A stretch of 64,000 nucleotides of DNA from a virus (Duplodnaviria > Caudoviricetes): positions 32,001 through 96,000 of the IMG/VR virus record IMGVR_UViG_3300023105_001451, one strand, 5' to 3'. The first letter of the stretch is position 1, and every line of letters begins with the position of its first letter. Position numbers and translations under genes: made by a program. Shown in pieces: positions 50,738 through 60,181 of the stretch. The notes below the pieces were generated by a model. It did no database searches. It saw only the letters and a list, made by a program, of their open reading frames with translations, and was not told the DNA's origin.

Positions 50738-50745
50738 TATTTATG
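50738..50745 (-). promoter_or_regulatory. T4-like late promoter box (CATAAATA)
   Basis: Upstream of the fibre gene, with an AGGAG RBS. Confidence 0.55.
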
Positions 50746-50760
50746 CCAGATGTCAGAAAG

Positions 50761-51081
50761 CTACTTCCTTTTCTTTAGGAACTTTCTTGTTCTCTGTTGT
50801 ATATCTTTTTTTAATCGAGGTGTGTCAAGACGGAAGTCTATATTAGTAATATAGTCTTCGTATTCTTTGAATAAGTCTTCTAGGATATCTTCTAACGGTT
50901 CGTCTGGGCTATTTTCTTTAGTTTTATTAAGATCGATATCCCAGACCTTACCGTCATTAAATGCAACAATAACAGAACTTACATAATCCAAGGGGATTGC
51001 TTGCACATCTAAATCTGCAAGTACTTCTGGCCAATGTTCTACTACTTCTGAAGGTAATCCTTTATCGGATTTTTTAGACAC
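50761..51081 (-). CDS. Hypothetical protein
   Basis: Probable GTG start overlapping the upstream stop; acidic core and basic C-terminus. Confidence 0.6.
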   Translation of the reverse strand: MSKKSDKGLPSEVVEHWPEVLADLDVQAIPLDYVSSVIVAFNDGKVWDIDLNKTKENSPDEPLEDILEDLFKEYEDYITNIDFRLDTPRLKKDIQQRTRKFLKKRK

Positions 51082-51703
51082 TTTCTGCTGTTTTACTCTT
51101 TGCCTGGGCTTTCTTCTTAGTAGGAACAAGTGCTTCAGCTTGCTCTCTTAATGATTTTGCTTCTTTAAATAGTGCATCTGCTTGCGAACGATATTGTGCA
51201 GCCAGCTCTTCGTCTGACAATGGTTGTTCGTCTATTGTTTGTACATCATCAAGATATACATTTTCTGCTGGTGCTGGAGTTGCTTCTGGTGTTACTGCTG
51301 GTTGATCATTAGTACCTGAAGGCTTAATAGCTAAATCAGCAACACTTACACCTTTTTGCTCTGCAATGATTTCGTTTAGTTTGTCTAGCATAACAGTTGT
51401 CTTTGTGTCAGGCGTCATTTCTACACTGGTAGTTGGAACTTTAATCATTTTACCAGTTGTATGAAATCCTGCTAACATGTTTCTTCCGTCAGGCAGACGA
51501 GTACGTGCCATAGCTTCTGCTAATTCGTATGCACTTTGTCCAGCATCAGATTCTACTAACTTTATTAAAGCGTCATGTTCTTCTGCCATTAAATTTTCTG
51601 TAGTTACTACGATTGCATTTTCGGGTTCGTTTGGAACCACTCTGTATGCAACAATAACTTTTCTTTTATTAGACGCAATGCGTCCTATATGTTTGATAGC
51701 CAT
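51074..51703 (-). CDS. Hypothetical protein
   Basis: Start MAIKHIG after an AGGAG RBS; coiled-coil C-terminus. Confidence 0.65.
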   Translation of the reverse strand: MAIKHIGRIASNKRKVIVAYRVVPNEPENAIVVTTENLMAEEHDALIKLVESDAGQSAYELAEAMARTRLPDGRNMLAGFHTTGKMIKVPTTSVEMTPDTKTTVMLDKLNEIIAEQKGVSVADLAIKPSGTNDQPAVTPEATPAPAENVYLDDVQTIDEQPLSDEELAAQYRSQADALFKEAKSLREQAEALVPTKKKAQAKSKTAESV

Positions 51704-51704
51704 A

Positions 51705-51947
51705 TTATGCTCCTTGTTGCTCCGCCGGTTGCGCAGCCTGTTGTTTTTGGATTTCACCTAGAAATGCTTCTAGTTTTCCATATGTATTACCTACAACAGT
51801 CATTTCATTTGGCTTAAATGCACCACGTTGACTTGCAACGTCGATAATTTGTTTTAAGGCTGCCAAATCTTGGACTGTTAACTCAGCACCGGTTGCTTCA
51901 GGTGCAGGTGCTTCAGTTGTTTCAGGTGCTTTTGCTTCTTCGCTCAT
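51705..51947 (-). CDS. Small hypothetical protein
   Basis: 80 aa, AGGAG RBS, GTAAATA box upstream; LTVQDL..IIDVASQRGAFK. Confidence 0.65.
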   Translation of the reverse strand: MSEEAKAPETTEAPAPEATGAELTVQDLAALKQIIDVASQRGAFKPNEMTVVGNTYGKLEAFLGEIQKQQAAQPAEQQGA

Positions 51948-51987
51948 TATTATCTCCTGTAGTTAATTAAATGCGCTGTTAATATAT

Positions 51988-52266
51988 TTACACATATTTC
52001 AAGTGAGGACATGCCAAAGTGAAATAAACACACTCTTTTGGGTTTTCGAATCCTACTTTTATATATGTTTCTAATTGATTGTCTTCGCTGATTATGAGAG
52101 AATCGTTTATATAAAATCTTCCTTTTAGATTAAACTCTATCCATTTGCATAAAGAATCTTCAAGATTAAATTTCTTAGGCATGGTAATATATTCGAAATG
52201 TTCGATAGGAGTATCGACTCTACGTAAGCCAAACAGATTTAAAGGATTTACTTTATTGTTCTTCAT
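51988..52266 (-). CDS. Hypothetical protein
   Basis: 92 aa, ATGA-coupled to the VWA gene. Confidence 0.6.
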   Translation of the reverse strand: MKNNKVNPLNLFGLRRVDTPIEHFEYITMPKKFNLEDSLCKWIEFNLKGRFYINDSLIISEDNQLETYIKVGFENPKECVYFTLACPHLKYV

Positions 52267-53618
52267 GCCGCATCGTAGTGTACAGTAGTTCCGAAAGGTG
52301 CTTGTAAATTTTTGTCAGCATGACTGTGAATAAGAAATACGGTATCACAGTAATCTTCTTCGCCCCAGCTATCCCAAGCATAGCCATCTGTAAACATAAT
52401 AAATTTCTTAGGTTGAATGTCGTTGTCTTTCATGTACTGCCAGTTCACCATAAAGTCAGTACCGCCGCCCCCGGCAATCTCATATTCTGTAATTTCTCTA
52501 CCATCGTCAGCACTAAAGTCATCTTCATTATAAACTTCAGTATCAAAGCACCAAATTTTAATATTATAGTCTTTGTATTCGTCCATAATACCTTTAACTT
52601 CTCCTAAAAAGTCTTGTGCTTGAACGTTACCAATTGAGCCACTCATATCTAAACTAATTGCAACATCGATAGTAGTATCAAAATTCATACCCGGTAATAC
52701 TGCACCAGTGTGCCAGCCTTTGCGGCTAGGACGCATAAATGTGTAGTCGCTTTTGATAGTGCTTTGGATTTGCTGACGTAGTATTTCACGCCAATTCATT
52801 TTAGGCTCTGTAATTTCTTTGATTAAACGTTCAACGCCTGCAGGCACATTACCAGCGCCAGCTGCCTGTGCCGCATTAATCATTGCTTCTTTGATTTCGT
52901 CTTTGATTTGTTTTAGCTCACCTTTTGTATATTTTGCAGGTTTTTTGCTAATTTTGTTGCCGTTAGCATCGACGCCTTCTTCGCCTTCTTCGCCTTGATC
53001 ACTTTCGTTGTCAAGATGTTCATCGAGCATTTCGCCTTCGTTTTCTAATTGCTCAAGAAGTTCTTGTAATTCTTCACCACGTTTTTTAGCGTCTTCAAAT
53101 AGTTTATCGTAAATTTCTTCAGAAGTATCTAAGTCATATGTGAAGTCTTGGAAACAGTCTACAATCTTAGGTTTCTCGCCAATACGATCTCGTACAAGCA
53201 AGTTATTAACTTTGTAGTCTGCGGCAATGTTATACAACATTGGATGACGATCACCCCGACGTCCTAAGTGATCAAATACCATGTGTAGTATTTCGTGTGC
53301 AACAACAAACTCAATTTCTTTGTTTGACATTGCATTAAAGAACTGCGTATTGTAATAAAGATTTCTGCCATCTACTGCGGCGGTCATTAACCAGTCATCT
53401 GCGGCTAAAATACGCAAACGAGTTGCCATATTACCAAAGAAAGGATGGCGCAAAAGTAAACCGATTCGAGCAGTAATGATTCGATCCATAACATCTACAC
53501 GCATTTCTTCTAACTGCTCTGGTGTAATGTTTGGGTCTGGTTGCCAATGCTTTAATTTAGTTTGAGTGTCTTTAGTACTCATTTGCATTACAACATAATC
53601 TGATATAAAATCTAACAT
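52263..53618 (-). CDS. Metallopeptidase (HExxH) plus VWA domain protein (DUF2201-like)
   Basis: AHEILH, DMSGS MIDAS, GGGTDF, FTDGY. Confidence 0.85.
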   Translation of the reverse strand: MLDFISDYVVMQMSTKDTQTKLKHWQPDPNITPEQLEEMRVDVMDRIITARIGLLLRHPFFGNMATRLRILAADDWLMTAAVDGRNLYYNTQFFNAMSNKEIEFVVAHEILHMVFDHLGRRGDRHPMLYNIAADYKVNNLLVRDRIGEKPKIVDCFQDFTYDLDTSEEIYDKLFEDAKKRGEELQELLEQLENEGEMLDEHLDNESDQGEEGEEGVDANGNKISKKPAKYTKGELKQIKDEIKEAMINAAQAAGAGNVPAGVERLIKEITEPKMNWREILRQQIQSTIKSDYTFMRPSRKGWHTGAVLPGMNFDTTIDVAISLDMSGSIGNVQAQDFLGEVKGIMDEYKDYNIKIWCFDTEVYNEDDFSADDGREITEYEIAGGGGTDFMVNWQYMKDNDIQPKKFIMFTDGYAWDSWGEEDYCDTVFLIHSHADKNLQAPFGTTVHYDAA

Positions 53619-53646
53619 ACTTTTGCCCTTTCCTAACTATACATAT

Positions 53647-53675
53647 ATTATAGCAATATTTAATAGATTTGTCAA
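53647..53675 (-). promoter_or_regulatory. Perfect sigma70-type promoter TTGACA-N17-TATAAT
   Basis: -35 at 53670-53675 and -10 at 53647-53652 on the minus strand. Confidence 0.85.
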
Positions 53676-53681
53676 GACCTA

Positions 53682-54761
53682 TTATGCTGCCGCTTTAATA
53701 TACTTACCGTAACGTGAATAAAACTCATCAAAGCATTCTACTTCATCGGGATCGATTGGAAGTGAGTATTGTGTAACAGCAAGTTTAACACCCATAACAA
53801 CTAATTCCGTGTCAAAGTTATCCATTGCAAAGCGTAGGAAGTTGTTGACTTTGTCATCAAACGACTTATCTTTCTTTTCATCTGCTTCTTTAAGCTCGTA
53901 GCATAGTGATACAGTCAATGAGTACATTGCACTAATTTCTTGCGTTCTAAGTTCTTTTACTTTACCTTCAAGAATGTCTGTTGGGTTAGGCATAGAACTT
54001 GCAACTTTACGATGTGCCATAAACTTAACAGCAATACCTTCGCCAACTGAACCTGCAACAAGATCTGTTGTTGTGTTTTCATCAACATCATCTTCAAGTA
54101 GTTCTGATACAAACGACCAACTACGAGGTGTTGCAAACGAACGGCTTGGTGACTTCGGATCAAAGTCGTACAAGTCTTTCTTAGCAAATGTAATGTAACC
54201 TAGTACGTCTTTATGAATACGGTTATCAGCAGCCCACTGAAACCAGTCATCAAAGTCAACACGTAACTCTAAGTGAACAAAGCGGTTAGCAAGTGGAGCA
54301 GGCATACGGTAAGTAACACCTTTGTCTGCTTCGCGGTTACCTGCCGCAACAATCATTACATTGTCTGGAAGGTTATAACTACCAACTCGACGATTAAGAA
54401 TAAGTTGATAAGCTGCCGCTTGTACAGCCGGCGATGCTGAGTTCATTTCGTCTAAGAACAAAACGATATGCTTAAATTGTTTTGCCATTTCTTCGTCTGG
54501 AAGTTCTACTGGCGGCGCCCATTTCATTGTGTTATCGTTTGCGGCATAATAAGGCATGCCTTTAATATCTGTTGGATCCCACAAAGACAGTCGAATGTCA
54601 ATAAGATGTGAGTTTTCGAAAGAGTTAGTAATCTGTTCAACAATGTCAGATTTACCAATGCCTGGAGGTCCCCATAAAAAGATAGGACGTTTTTTCTGCA
54701 TTGCAAGTTTAATGCTTGTTTTAGCAGCGTTTGGACTAACTGTACGAGTTACTTCTGACAT
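53682..54761 (-). CDS. MoxR-like AAA+ ATPase
   Basis: GPPGIGKS Walker A, LFLDE Walker B, AAGN, LANRF, TPRSW. Confidence 0.9.
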   Translation of the reverse strand: MSEVTRTVSPNAAKTSIKLAMQKKRPIFLWGPPGIGKSDIVEQITNSFENSHLIDIRLSLWDPTDIKGMPYYAANDNTMKWAPPVELPDEEMAKQFKHIVLFLDEMNSASPAVQAAAYQLILNRRVGSYNLPDNVMIVAAGNREADKGVTYRMPAPLANRFVHLELRVDFDDWFQWAADNRIHKDVLGYITFAKKDLYDFDPKSPSRSFATPRSWSFVSELLEDDVDENTTTDLVAGSVGEGIAVKFMAHRKVASSMPNPTDILEGKVKELRTQEISAMYSLTVSLCYELKEADEKKDKSFDDKVNNFLRFAMDNFDTELVVMGVKLAVTQYSLPIDPDEVECFDEFYSRYGKYIKAAA

Positions 54762-54796
54762 AGTATATTTCCCTCTGTTTTTCTAACTATGTATAT

Positions 54797-54825
54797 ATAA
54801 TACGTTCAATAGCATCAAATGTCAA
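54797..54825 (-). promoter_or_regulatory. sigma70-type promoter TTGACA-N17-TATTAT
   Basis: -35 at 54820-54825 and -10 at 54797-54802; shares the downstream ATATRYATAGTTAG with the 53647 promoter. Confidence 0.75.
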
Positions 54826-54863
54826 CCGTTTTTAGTAGAAAGATCTTGTTTTAAAACAATAAC

Positions 54864-55247
54864 TTAGGAATTTTCTTGTCTTTTCATGGCCTTTATTAAG
54901 CCATATTTTCTTACATCGCCACTAAAAAGTGTTAGTTCTACTGCCTTTCGTTGATCAGTAACTACAATACTTCGATTATTTAAGTAGTACGGACAGTTTA
55001 TAAACTTATCTAAAAACACTATTATTTGTGCAGTAATTATCATATCTGGCGGATATGGTATATCATAGACTTCTATGCCTATATCTTGTAATACATTGTA
55101 TCCAGCTTCTGTTAAACGTAATCCTCCAGATGACTTTGTTCGAGTGTTTTGCCACCAGAGATACATATACTGTTGTACAGTTGCTTCGTCTGTGCTTTTT
55201 TCTAACTGTTTTAGAAAAACTTTAGTGTATGTCTCTTTCCAATTCAT
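54864..55247 (-). CDS. Hypothetical protein
   Basis: 127 aa; WWQN.R...GGLRLT..G motif; CATAAATA box upstream (55274-55281). Confidence 0.65.
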   Translation of the reverse strand: MNWKETYTKVFLKQLEKSTDEATVQQYMYLWWQNTRTKSSGGLRLTEAGYNVLQDIGIEVYDIPYPPDMIITAQIIVFLDKFINCPYYLNNRSIVVTDQRKAVELTLFSGDVRKYGLIKAMKRQENS

Positions 55248-55295
55248 AATAAATATTAACTACGTATATAATATATTTATGTAAGGCAGTATAGT

Positions 55296-56231
55296 ATGCA
55301 GTATATTTGGAAAGTTTGGGAAAAAGAAATGCATCTTAGCGAAGCATGTAAGTGTTATTCTGATATATTAATACTAAGTCCTGAAGAAGCTCAAATAACT
55401 AGATTTAATACAAAAGAATTAAAAAAGAAAAAGATAACTGCGGTAATGGGCGGCTATGATTCTAAGTGGTATAAAACATATTTTAAATCAAAAGTAAACT
55501 TACATCTTTGGCCTAATTTCTTTTTGTATCATATGATAGCAATGAACAAAGAATTTGACACACCAGATACAGAAATCAAATATCTTTTTACTTGTTTAAA
55601 TGCTAGACCGCATTTACATAGAGTAATAATGCTTGACACTTTAAAAAAATATAATTTATTAGATACAAACATATATTCTTGGAACGATAAAGACCCAAAG
55701 AATGTTAATAAACATTTTAATGACTACGTTCCTAAGTATTGGAGATACAAACACGTTACAATTGATAATTATAATCAAGACCCTGAAGTTAAGTTAAGAA
55801 CATTGCCCTTAGAAGTGCATCAAAGTTTAATTAATCTAGTTACAGAAACTTTTACTGATGTTCCTTTTATAACTGAAAAGACATATAAGAATTTTATTTT
55901 TGGAAAGCCTTTTTTAGTTTTCGGTTTTCCAGGAATACATAATCATCTAAAATATATGGGGTTTAAATTGTACGATAGTATTATTGATTATTCGTTTGAT
56001 AAAGAACAAGATGATATTAAAAGATGCAATATGATTGTAGAGCAATTAGCTAAGTTGTCAAATAAAGATTTAAACGTTCTAAATCAACAAATGAAAGAGG
56101 TTACAATATATAATAAACAACATGCAATAGATATTGTAAAATCAGAAATAGGCATCCCTGATATAGTTAGAGACTATCAAAAATATATAGATATTATAGA
56201 TAAAACTAAAATTAATCTTCAGACTCTATAG
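55296..56231 (+). CDS. Putative glycosyltransferase (GT10-type TEK motif), lone plus-strand gene
   Basis: LNARPHLHR, LVTET..FITEKTYK..KPFLVFG..MGFKLY..IDYSFD. Confidence 0.55.
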   Translation: MQYIWKVWEKEMHLSEACKCYSDILILSPEEAQITRFNTKELKKKKITAVMGGYDSKWYKTYFKSKVNLHLWPNFFLYHMIAMNKEFDTPDTEIKYLFTCLNARPHLHRVIMLDTLKKYNLLDTNIYSWNDKDPKNVNKHFNDYVPKYWRYKHVTIDNYNQDPEVKLRTLPLEVHQSLINLVTETFTDVPFITEKTYKNFIFGKPFLVFGFPGIHNHLKYMGFKLYDSIIDYSFDKEQDDIKRCNMIVEQLAKLSNKDLNVLNQQMKEVTIYNKQHAIDIVKSEIGIPDIVRDYQKYIDIIDKTKINLQTL

Positions 56232-56502
56232 TTCCAGAAGTTAAACGATATACTTCGAACTCGTCTGTGTTGAACATGTCGTTAAGTTTTTTTGCTAAAT
56301 TGTGTGCATGTCCTGGGTTTGAAAAACTTGTCTTCTTATACTTAGGTCCGGGGTAGTTTGTAAGAATATTTGAGCTTTTAAGATTAAATGGCTCACTTCT
56401 ATAAAATACAGCCCATATGGCTTCTGACTTTAAAACTTGTTCGCTTTTGTATGTCTTCTTATCGATATTTTCAAGAAGCACCGTTGGTTTAGGTCTGCTC
56501 AT
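56212..56502 (-). CDS. Hypothetical protein (MSRPKP...)
   Basis: Start at the ATG after AAGGA; YPGPKYKKTSFSNPGHA motif. Confidence 0.65.
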   Translation of the reverse strand: MSRPKPTVLLENIDKKTYKSEQVLKSEAIWAVFYRSEPFNLKSSNILTNYPGPKYKKTSFSNPGHAHNLAKKLNDMFNTDEFEVYRLTSGTIESED

Positions 56503-56504
56503 AA

Positions 56505-56541
56505 ATGCGTATCCTTTAAATAATATACGCATATATTTATC
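56505..56541 (-). promoter_or_regulatory. Late box GATAAATA plus an 8-bp hairpin over the translation initiation region
   Basis: ATGCGTAT (56505-56512) pairs with ATACGCAT (56525-56532); TAAATA at 56534-56539. Confidence 0.55.
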
Positions 56542-56565
56542 TCTTTTAGAGGTTATCTACGTAGT

Positions 56566-56802
56566 TTACTTCCAATCAGAAGTAGTGCTGCCTAACTGTA
56601 CTACTACAGTTTCGTCTTGATTTTGCTTCTGTTGAAGAAGTTTTTCTAAATCACCGTTTAATCTAGCCATAACTTCTCCTAAAGCAAACGCAAGTCGTTT
56701 AGATGTTTGTATATCTAATTTAATTTCTCTTGCATTTTTAGCATCTGCAGATTTTACACTAGCAATAAATTGTTGTATAGGTTGTGTATTAATAGGATCC
56801 AT
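56566..56802 (-). CDS. Small hypothetical protein
   Basis: 78 aa, GGAG RBS. Confidence 0.6.
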   Translation of the reverse strand: MDPINTQPIQQFIASVKSADAKNAREIKLDIQTSKRLAFALGEVMARLNGDLEKLLQQKQNQDETVVVQLGSTTSDWK

Positions 56803-57595
56803 TTAATAACTCCGGTATAAAATGTTTTGCAATTAGCTCATGAACTTCAGTAGTATAATGTTCTTCGTCTAACTTCATGTCTTCGATATTAATATTTAAG
56901 TTTTCTTGGATCCATACATTAGCTGGTGTCCTAAAAACCTTAGTATTAGGTAAGTTTGAGTAAGTTTTAAAATTATCAGGAAATTGTACACGATCGTTTA
57001 TACGCCATACATATACAGGAACATCACTCATAAAGTCTATTAAAGCAATATCCTTACAGTATTCTTCGTGTTTAAGATGTGTACCTACTTCAGTATGAAA
57101 CTTCATGTGCATATAGTTAGTATCAAAGCCTGGCCAGTCATATCCACCGTTTAGTTCGGGATAACCTTCATCATACATACCAATACTTTCCCATTTTGCC
57201 TTTTCGTTCCACTCTATGGCTTTATAGTCTTTAGTATTAAAGTCGTCGTATAAAATATATTTTTCGTCTTCTTTGTATGTACGAGTAAAATGGTCTACAT
57301 CTAGCTGTCTAAACTGTAGATCTGTATTATTACCCATTATCCATCTATCCCAGTACGTAGATTGAATTACAATACCAGAAACTAAATGGTTATTAAGAAC
57401 GTGTTTAATCCATCTCGGATATTTGTTATTAGGCGCACCTGAAGAAGAATAGATATAGCACTGCTGATCTGCTAAAGATTCAGCATAAATTTGTGCATAA
57501 TTATTATCGTCCCATATATGCTTATCGCCTGTTGTAGGATCTTGCCAAAAACCGTTTGTATGACTACATCCTACAAATAACAAATTACCTTGCAT
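56789..57595 (-). CDS. SGNH/GDSL-like protein (paralog of 62631)
   Basis: FVGCSHT block I, QSTYWDRW, DEEHY (DxxH). Confidence 0.55.
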   Translation of the reverse strand: MQGNLLFVGCSHTNGFWQDPTTGDKHIWDDNNYAQIYAESLADQQCYIYSSSGAPNNKYPRWIKHVLNNHLVSGIVIQSTYWDRWIMGNNTDLQFRQLDVDHFTRTYKEDEKYILYDDFNTKDYKAIEWNEKAKWESIGMYDEGYPELNGGYDWPGFDTNYMHMKFHTEVGTHLKHEEYCKDIALIDFMSDVPVYVWRINDRVQFPDNFKTYSNLPNTKVFRTPANVWIQENLNINIEDMKLDEEHYTTEVHELIAKHFIPELLNGSY

Positions 57596-58058
57596 TTGCT
57601 TTACTTAGTTCCTGGCGCATTTCTAAATCTGTTTTAAATGGACCTCGAGTTTCGTAACGTTCTACAGTGATGAGTTTAGGACAAAAAGATTTAACCCAAC
57701 CTTTTTCGAATTTAATAATAAAATATCCTGCACAATACAGGCTCTTAGACTTTTCACTTTTTGTAAAAAGAGGTAACTTAGCTTGAACATTAAACAACGG
57801 ATTATAAGGTGTACAGCTAGTAGGATAGCCATATACTTCTTTATCTGCATCGTTAATTGTTGTTTTATTATCTTTAACCCAATCAATTTCGCCTAAGTTG
57901 TTTTTAAGATGTTTTGCATTTTTAAAAAATACTGTACCTTTAGTATTAGTAAACATAAATTGTTTCTCTTCATTAACGGTTAGAGTTCCTACACGTTCGC
58001 CCTGAGATTCAACAATCCAAAACTTGTCTTTTAATACTTCTTTTGCATTTACTGTCAT
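57585..58058 (-). CDS. Hypothetical protein
   Basis: 157 aa; LPLFTKS.KSKSLYCAGY..W..SFCPKL. Confidence 0.65.
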   Translation of the reverse strand: MTVNAKEVLKDKFWIVESQGERVGTLTVNEEKQFMFTNTKGTVFFKNAKHLKNNLGEIDWVKDNKTTINDADKEVYGYPTSCTPYNPLFNVQAKLPLFTKSEKSKSLYCAGYFIIKFEKGWVKSFCPKLITVERYETRGPFKTDLEMRQELSKANAR

Positions 58059-59038
58059 TTAATATACCTCGCTTGTAAAGGAACTGAATATTGTTGTGCT
58101 TGATCTGCAATACGTTGCATATCCCACTTAGCGCAGAATTTCATAAGACGCATACCAACTTGTGTAATGTCTTTAGGTTCTACTTCTTTAACTGTATTAT
58201 TAATTATCTCTCTTATTTCTGCTGGCTGTGCAGATAAGTCACATAGTGTTACATTGCGGTTGTAGTCGTCCAAAACACGGTGCTCAACACCATTATGATC
58301 AACCCAACGCTGTAGCATAAGATTATTCCAGTTATAACCTTTCGTGGACTTATCGTCAAATGCTTCCAATAAGCCAACTTTATTCTTTGTACCTTTCTTT
58401 CGAACGCCCGGATAAGCGGAGAAAACATTGTCACTTGTATCACCTCGCATACATTTTTCAAACAACATATATTCAGGATTAGGTGCTGCCTTAGGCTCAC
58501 CTGTCTTTTTATCTACTACAGGCTTACCTTTGTCGTCAAAGTAACCTTCGTGTGTAATTGTAACGTTTTGTATACCGTTGTACTGACGTACATTAGGAGC
58601 AATTAGTTGTGCAAAGTCACCGTCGGTACTGATAATAACATGATTGTCATTAGGATGTGCTTGCACCCAGCCAGCAATTAAGTCATCTGCTTCTAGTTGC
58701 GGATGACGCATAACTGTACAGTTAGTCTTAGTACTAACAAAGTCTTTAAACTCGTCAAAGATTTCCCAAAACACAGTATCTTCTTCTTGCTGTGCCGGAG
58801 TCATTGCGTCTCGTGTTTCTTGTCTGTTACGCTTATAAGGCTCGTAGTAGTCTTTACGCCAGCTACGTCCTTCTAAGCAGAAAACAACATGATCTGCGTC
58901 GAAGTCTTGCCATGCCTTTTTAACACCACTAAGCGTAATGTGTAATGCCATACCTACCTTTGTATCAATGTCGCCACGTACTACGTGTCGAGCTCTAAAG
59001 AAAGTGTTAGCAGTATCTACAAGTATATAAGTTGCCAT
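58055..59038 (-). CDS. rnh: 5'-3' exonuclease / T4 RNase H-like flap nuclease
   Basis: ILVD, YKRNR, LEADD, ISTDGDF.QL, GDTSDNV. Confidence 0.85.
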   Translation of the reverse strand: MATYILVDTANTFFRARHVVRGDIDTKVGMALHITLSGVKKAWQDFDADHVVFCLEGRSWRKDYYEPYKRNRQETRDAMTPAQQEEDTVFWEIFDEFKDFVSTKTNCTVMRHPQLEADDLIAGWVQAHPNDNHVIISTDGDFAQLIAPNVRQYNGIQNVTITHEGYFDDKGKPVVDKKTGEPKAAPNPEYMLFEKCMRGDTSDNVFSAYPGVRKKGTKNKVGLLEAFDDKSTKGYNWNNLMLQRWVDHNGVEHRVLDDYNRNVTLCDLSAQPAEIREIINNTVKEVEPKDITQVGMRLMKFCAKWDMQRIADQAQQYSVPLQARYIK

Positions 59039-59071
59039 ATGTTATTGCCTATATTATCAGTTACAATATAC

Positions 59072-59100
59072 ATTATTGCATATATATTTTAATTTGTCAA
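59072..59100 (-). promoter_or_regulatory. sigma70-type promoter TTGACA-N17-AATAAT
   Basis: -35 at 59095-59100 and -10 at 59072-59077 upstream of the exonuclease. Confidence 0.55.
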
Positions 59101-59780
59101 CCAAAATTATTCATAATCTCTTGGTTCATAAATGTCTCAAGATTTGGATTATTTTTCCAAGATTCAATGCCTGGTAGTCTTAAATCAAATGCAATACTTA
59201 ATCTTAACTGCTCTTTTTCATTCTTATTAACACCGTGCGGAACATAGCTTGGAAACAATGTTAGTCCGCCTTTTTTGTTTTCAGCAGGAAAAATTTGTGT
59301 GTCGTCAATTGGAGCTCTATAATATGTAGTGGTATGCGGATAATCATCTAAATGCATGTTGCCACTTAGATATACATCAGGACCTGCACCGTGTTTATGT
59401 TCGTCAATACCATGTCCTTGACGAACGATATTATACCATAATGTCATTTCTAATTCTTGTACTTCTAGATGTTCTAAATGACAAAAATTTAAATAACTAG
59501 CTCTTAAAAAATTTAAAAGATCGTTTAACTCAGGACATTCGTTTGCAAAGTCAAATAGGTTGTATAAACTAAATCTGCTTGTAACACTATCTTCTCCTAA
59601 TCCTGTAGCAGCATCATGGTGAGTTTCGATAGCTAATATTCTAGGTTCGATTTCAATTAAAAAATTTCTAATTTTATCAATTTTTTCTACGTCATTCCAT
59701 TGAGTTTGAAATATGGGAATATCCCATTGAGGGCTAATATCTGTAATAGGGTGTAAACTTTTTAATCTTTCTACAATCAT
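59097..59780 (-). CDS. Putative 2OG-Fe(II) oxygenase (HxH type)
   Basis: WYN..HKHG..LSG..LFPSYVPHGV..RLSIAFD. Confidence 0.75.
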   Translation of the reverse strand: MIVERLKSLHPITDISPQWDIPIFQTQWNDVEKIDKIRNFLIEIEPRILAIETHHDAATGLGEDSVTSRFSLYNLFDFANECPELNDLLNFLRASYLNFCHLEHLEVQELEMTLWYNIVRQGHGIDEHKHGAGPDVYLSGNMHLDDYPHTTTYYRAPIDDTQIFPAENKKGGLTLFPSYVPHGVNKNEKEQLRLSIAFDLRLPGIESWKNNPNLETFMNQEIMNNFG

Positions 59781-60181
59781 GAAACTTCGCTTTTACCTTT
59801 ATCAATCGGAACAACATTTATGTAGCCCATATTTCTATCGGTAGCTTGGCCATCTTCGTCTAGCATTTGCATTACAATAGTTCTAAACCAAGCGTCTACA
59901 ATTTGTTCTTGTGTTTCGCCTTTGTATCCAGCATCAAGTAACTGTTCAATAAACTCGTTATTCCAGTCGAGCTCAAAGAAACCGTTTCGAATGTTATCTG
60001 GATTAATTTGTGTGTCTAAAACAGCAACCCAAGGTTCGCCAGCTTTTGTAGCAGCTTCTTTTTCTGCGTCTAGTGCTTCTCGACGAATATCTTCTTGTGT
60101 CTTTACAACTTCAGGTTCTTGTTCTTCGACAATCTTAGGAGTAACTCCTAAAAGTTGTTTAATCTTTTCCCATTGTGTCAT
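59777..60181 (-). CDS. Hypothetical protein
   Basis: 134 aa; EPWVAV..GFFELDWN..IVDAWF. Confidence 0.65.
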   Translation of the reverse strand: MTQWEKIKQLLGVTPKIVEEQEPEVVKTQEDIRREALDAEKEAATKAGEPWVAVLDTQINPDNIRNGFFELDWNNEFIEQLLDAGYKGETQEQIVDAWFRTIVMQMLDEDGQATDRNMGYINVVPIDKGKSEVS

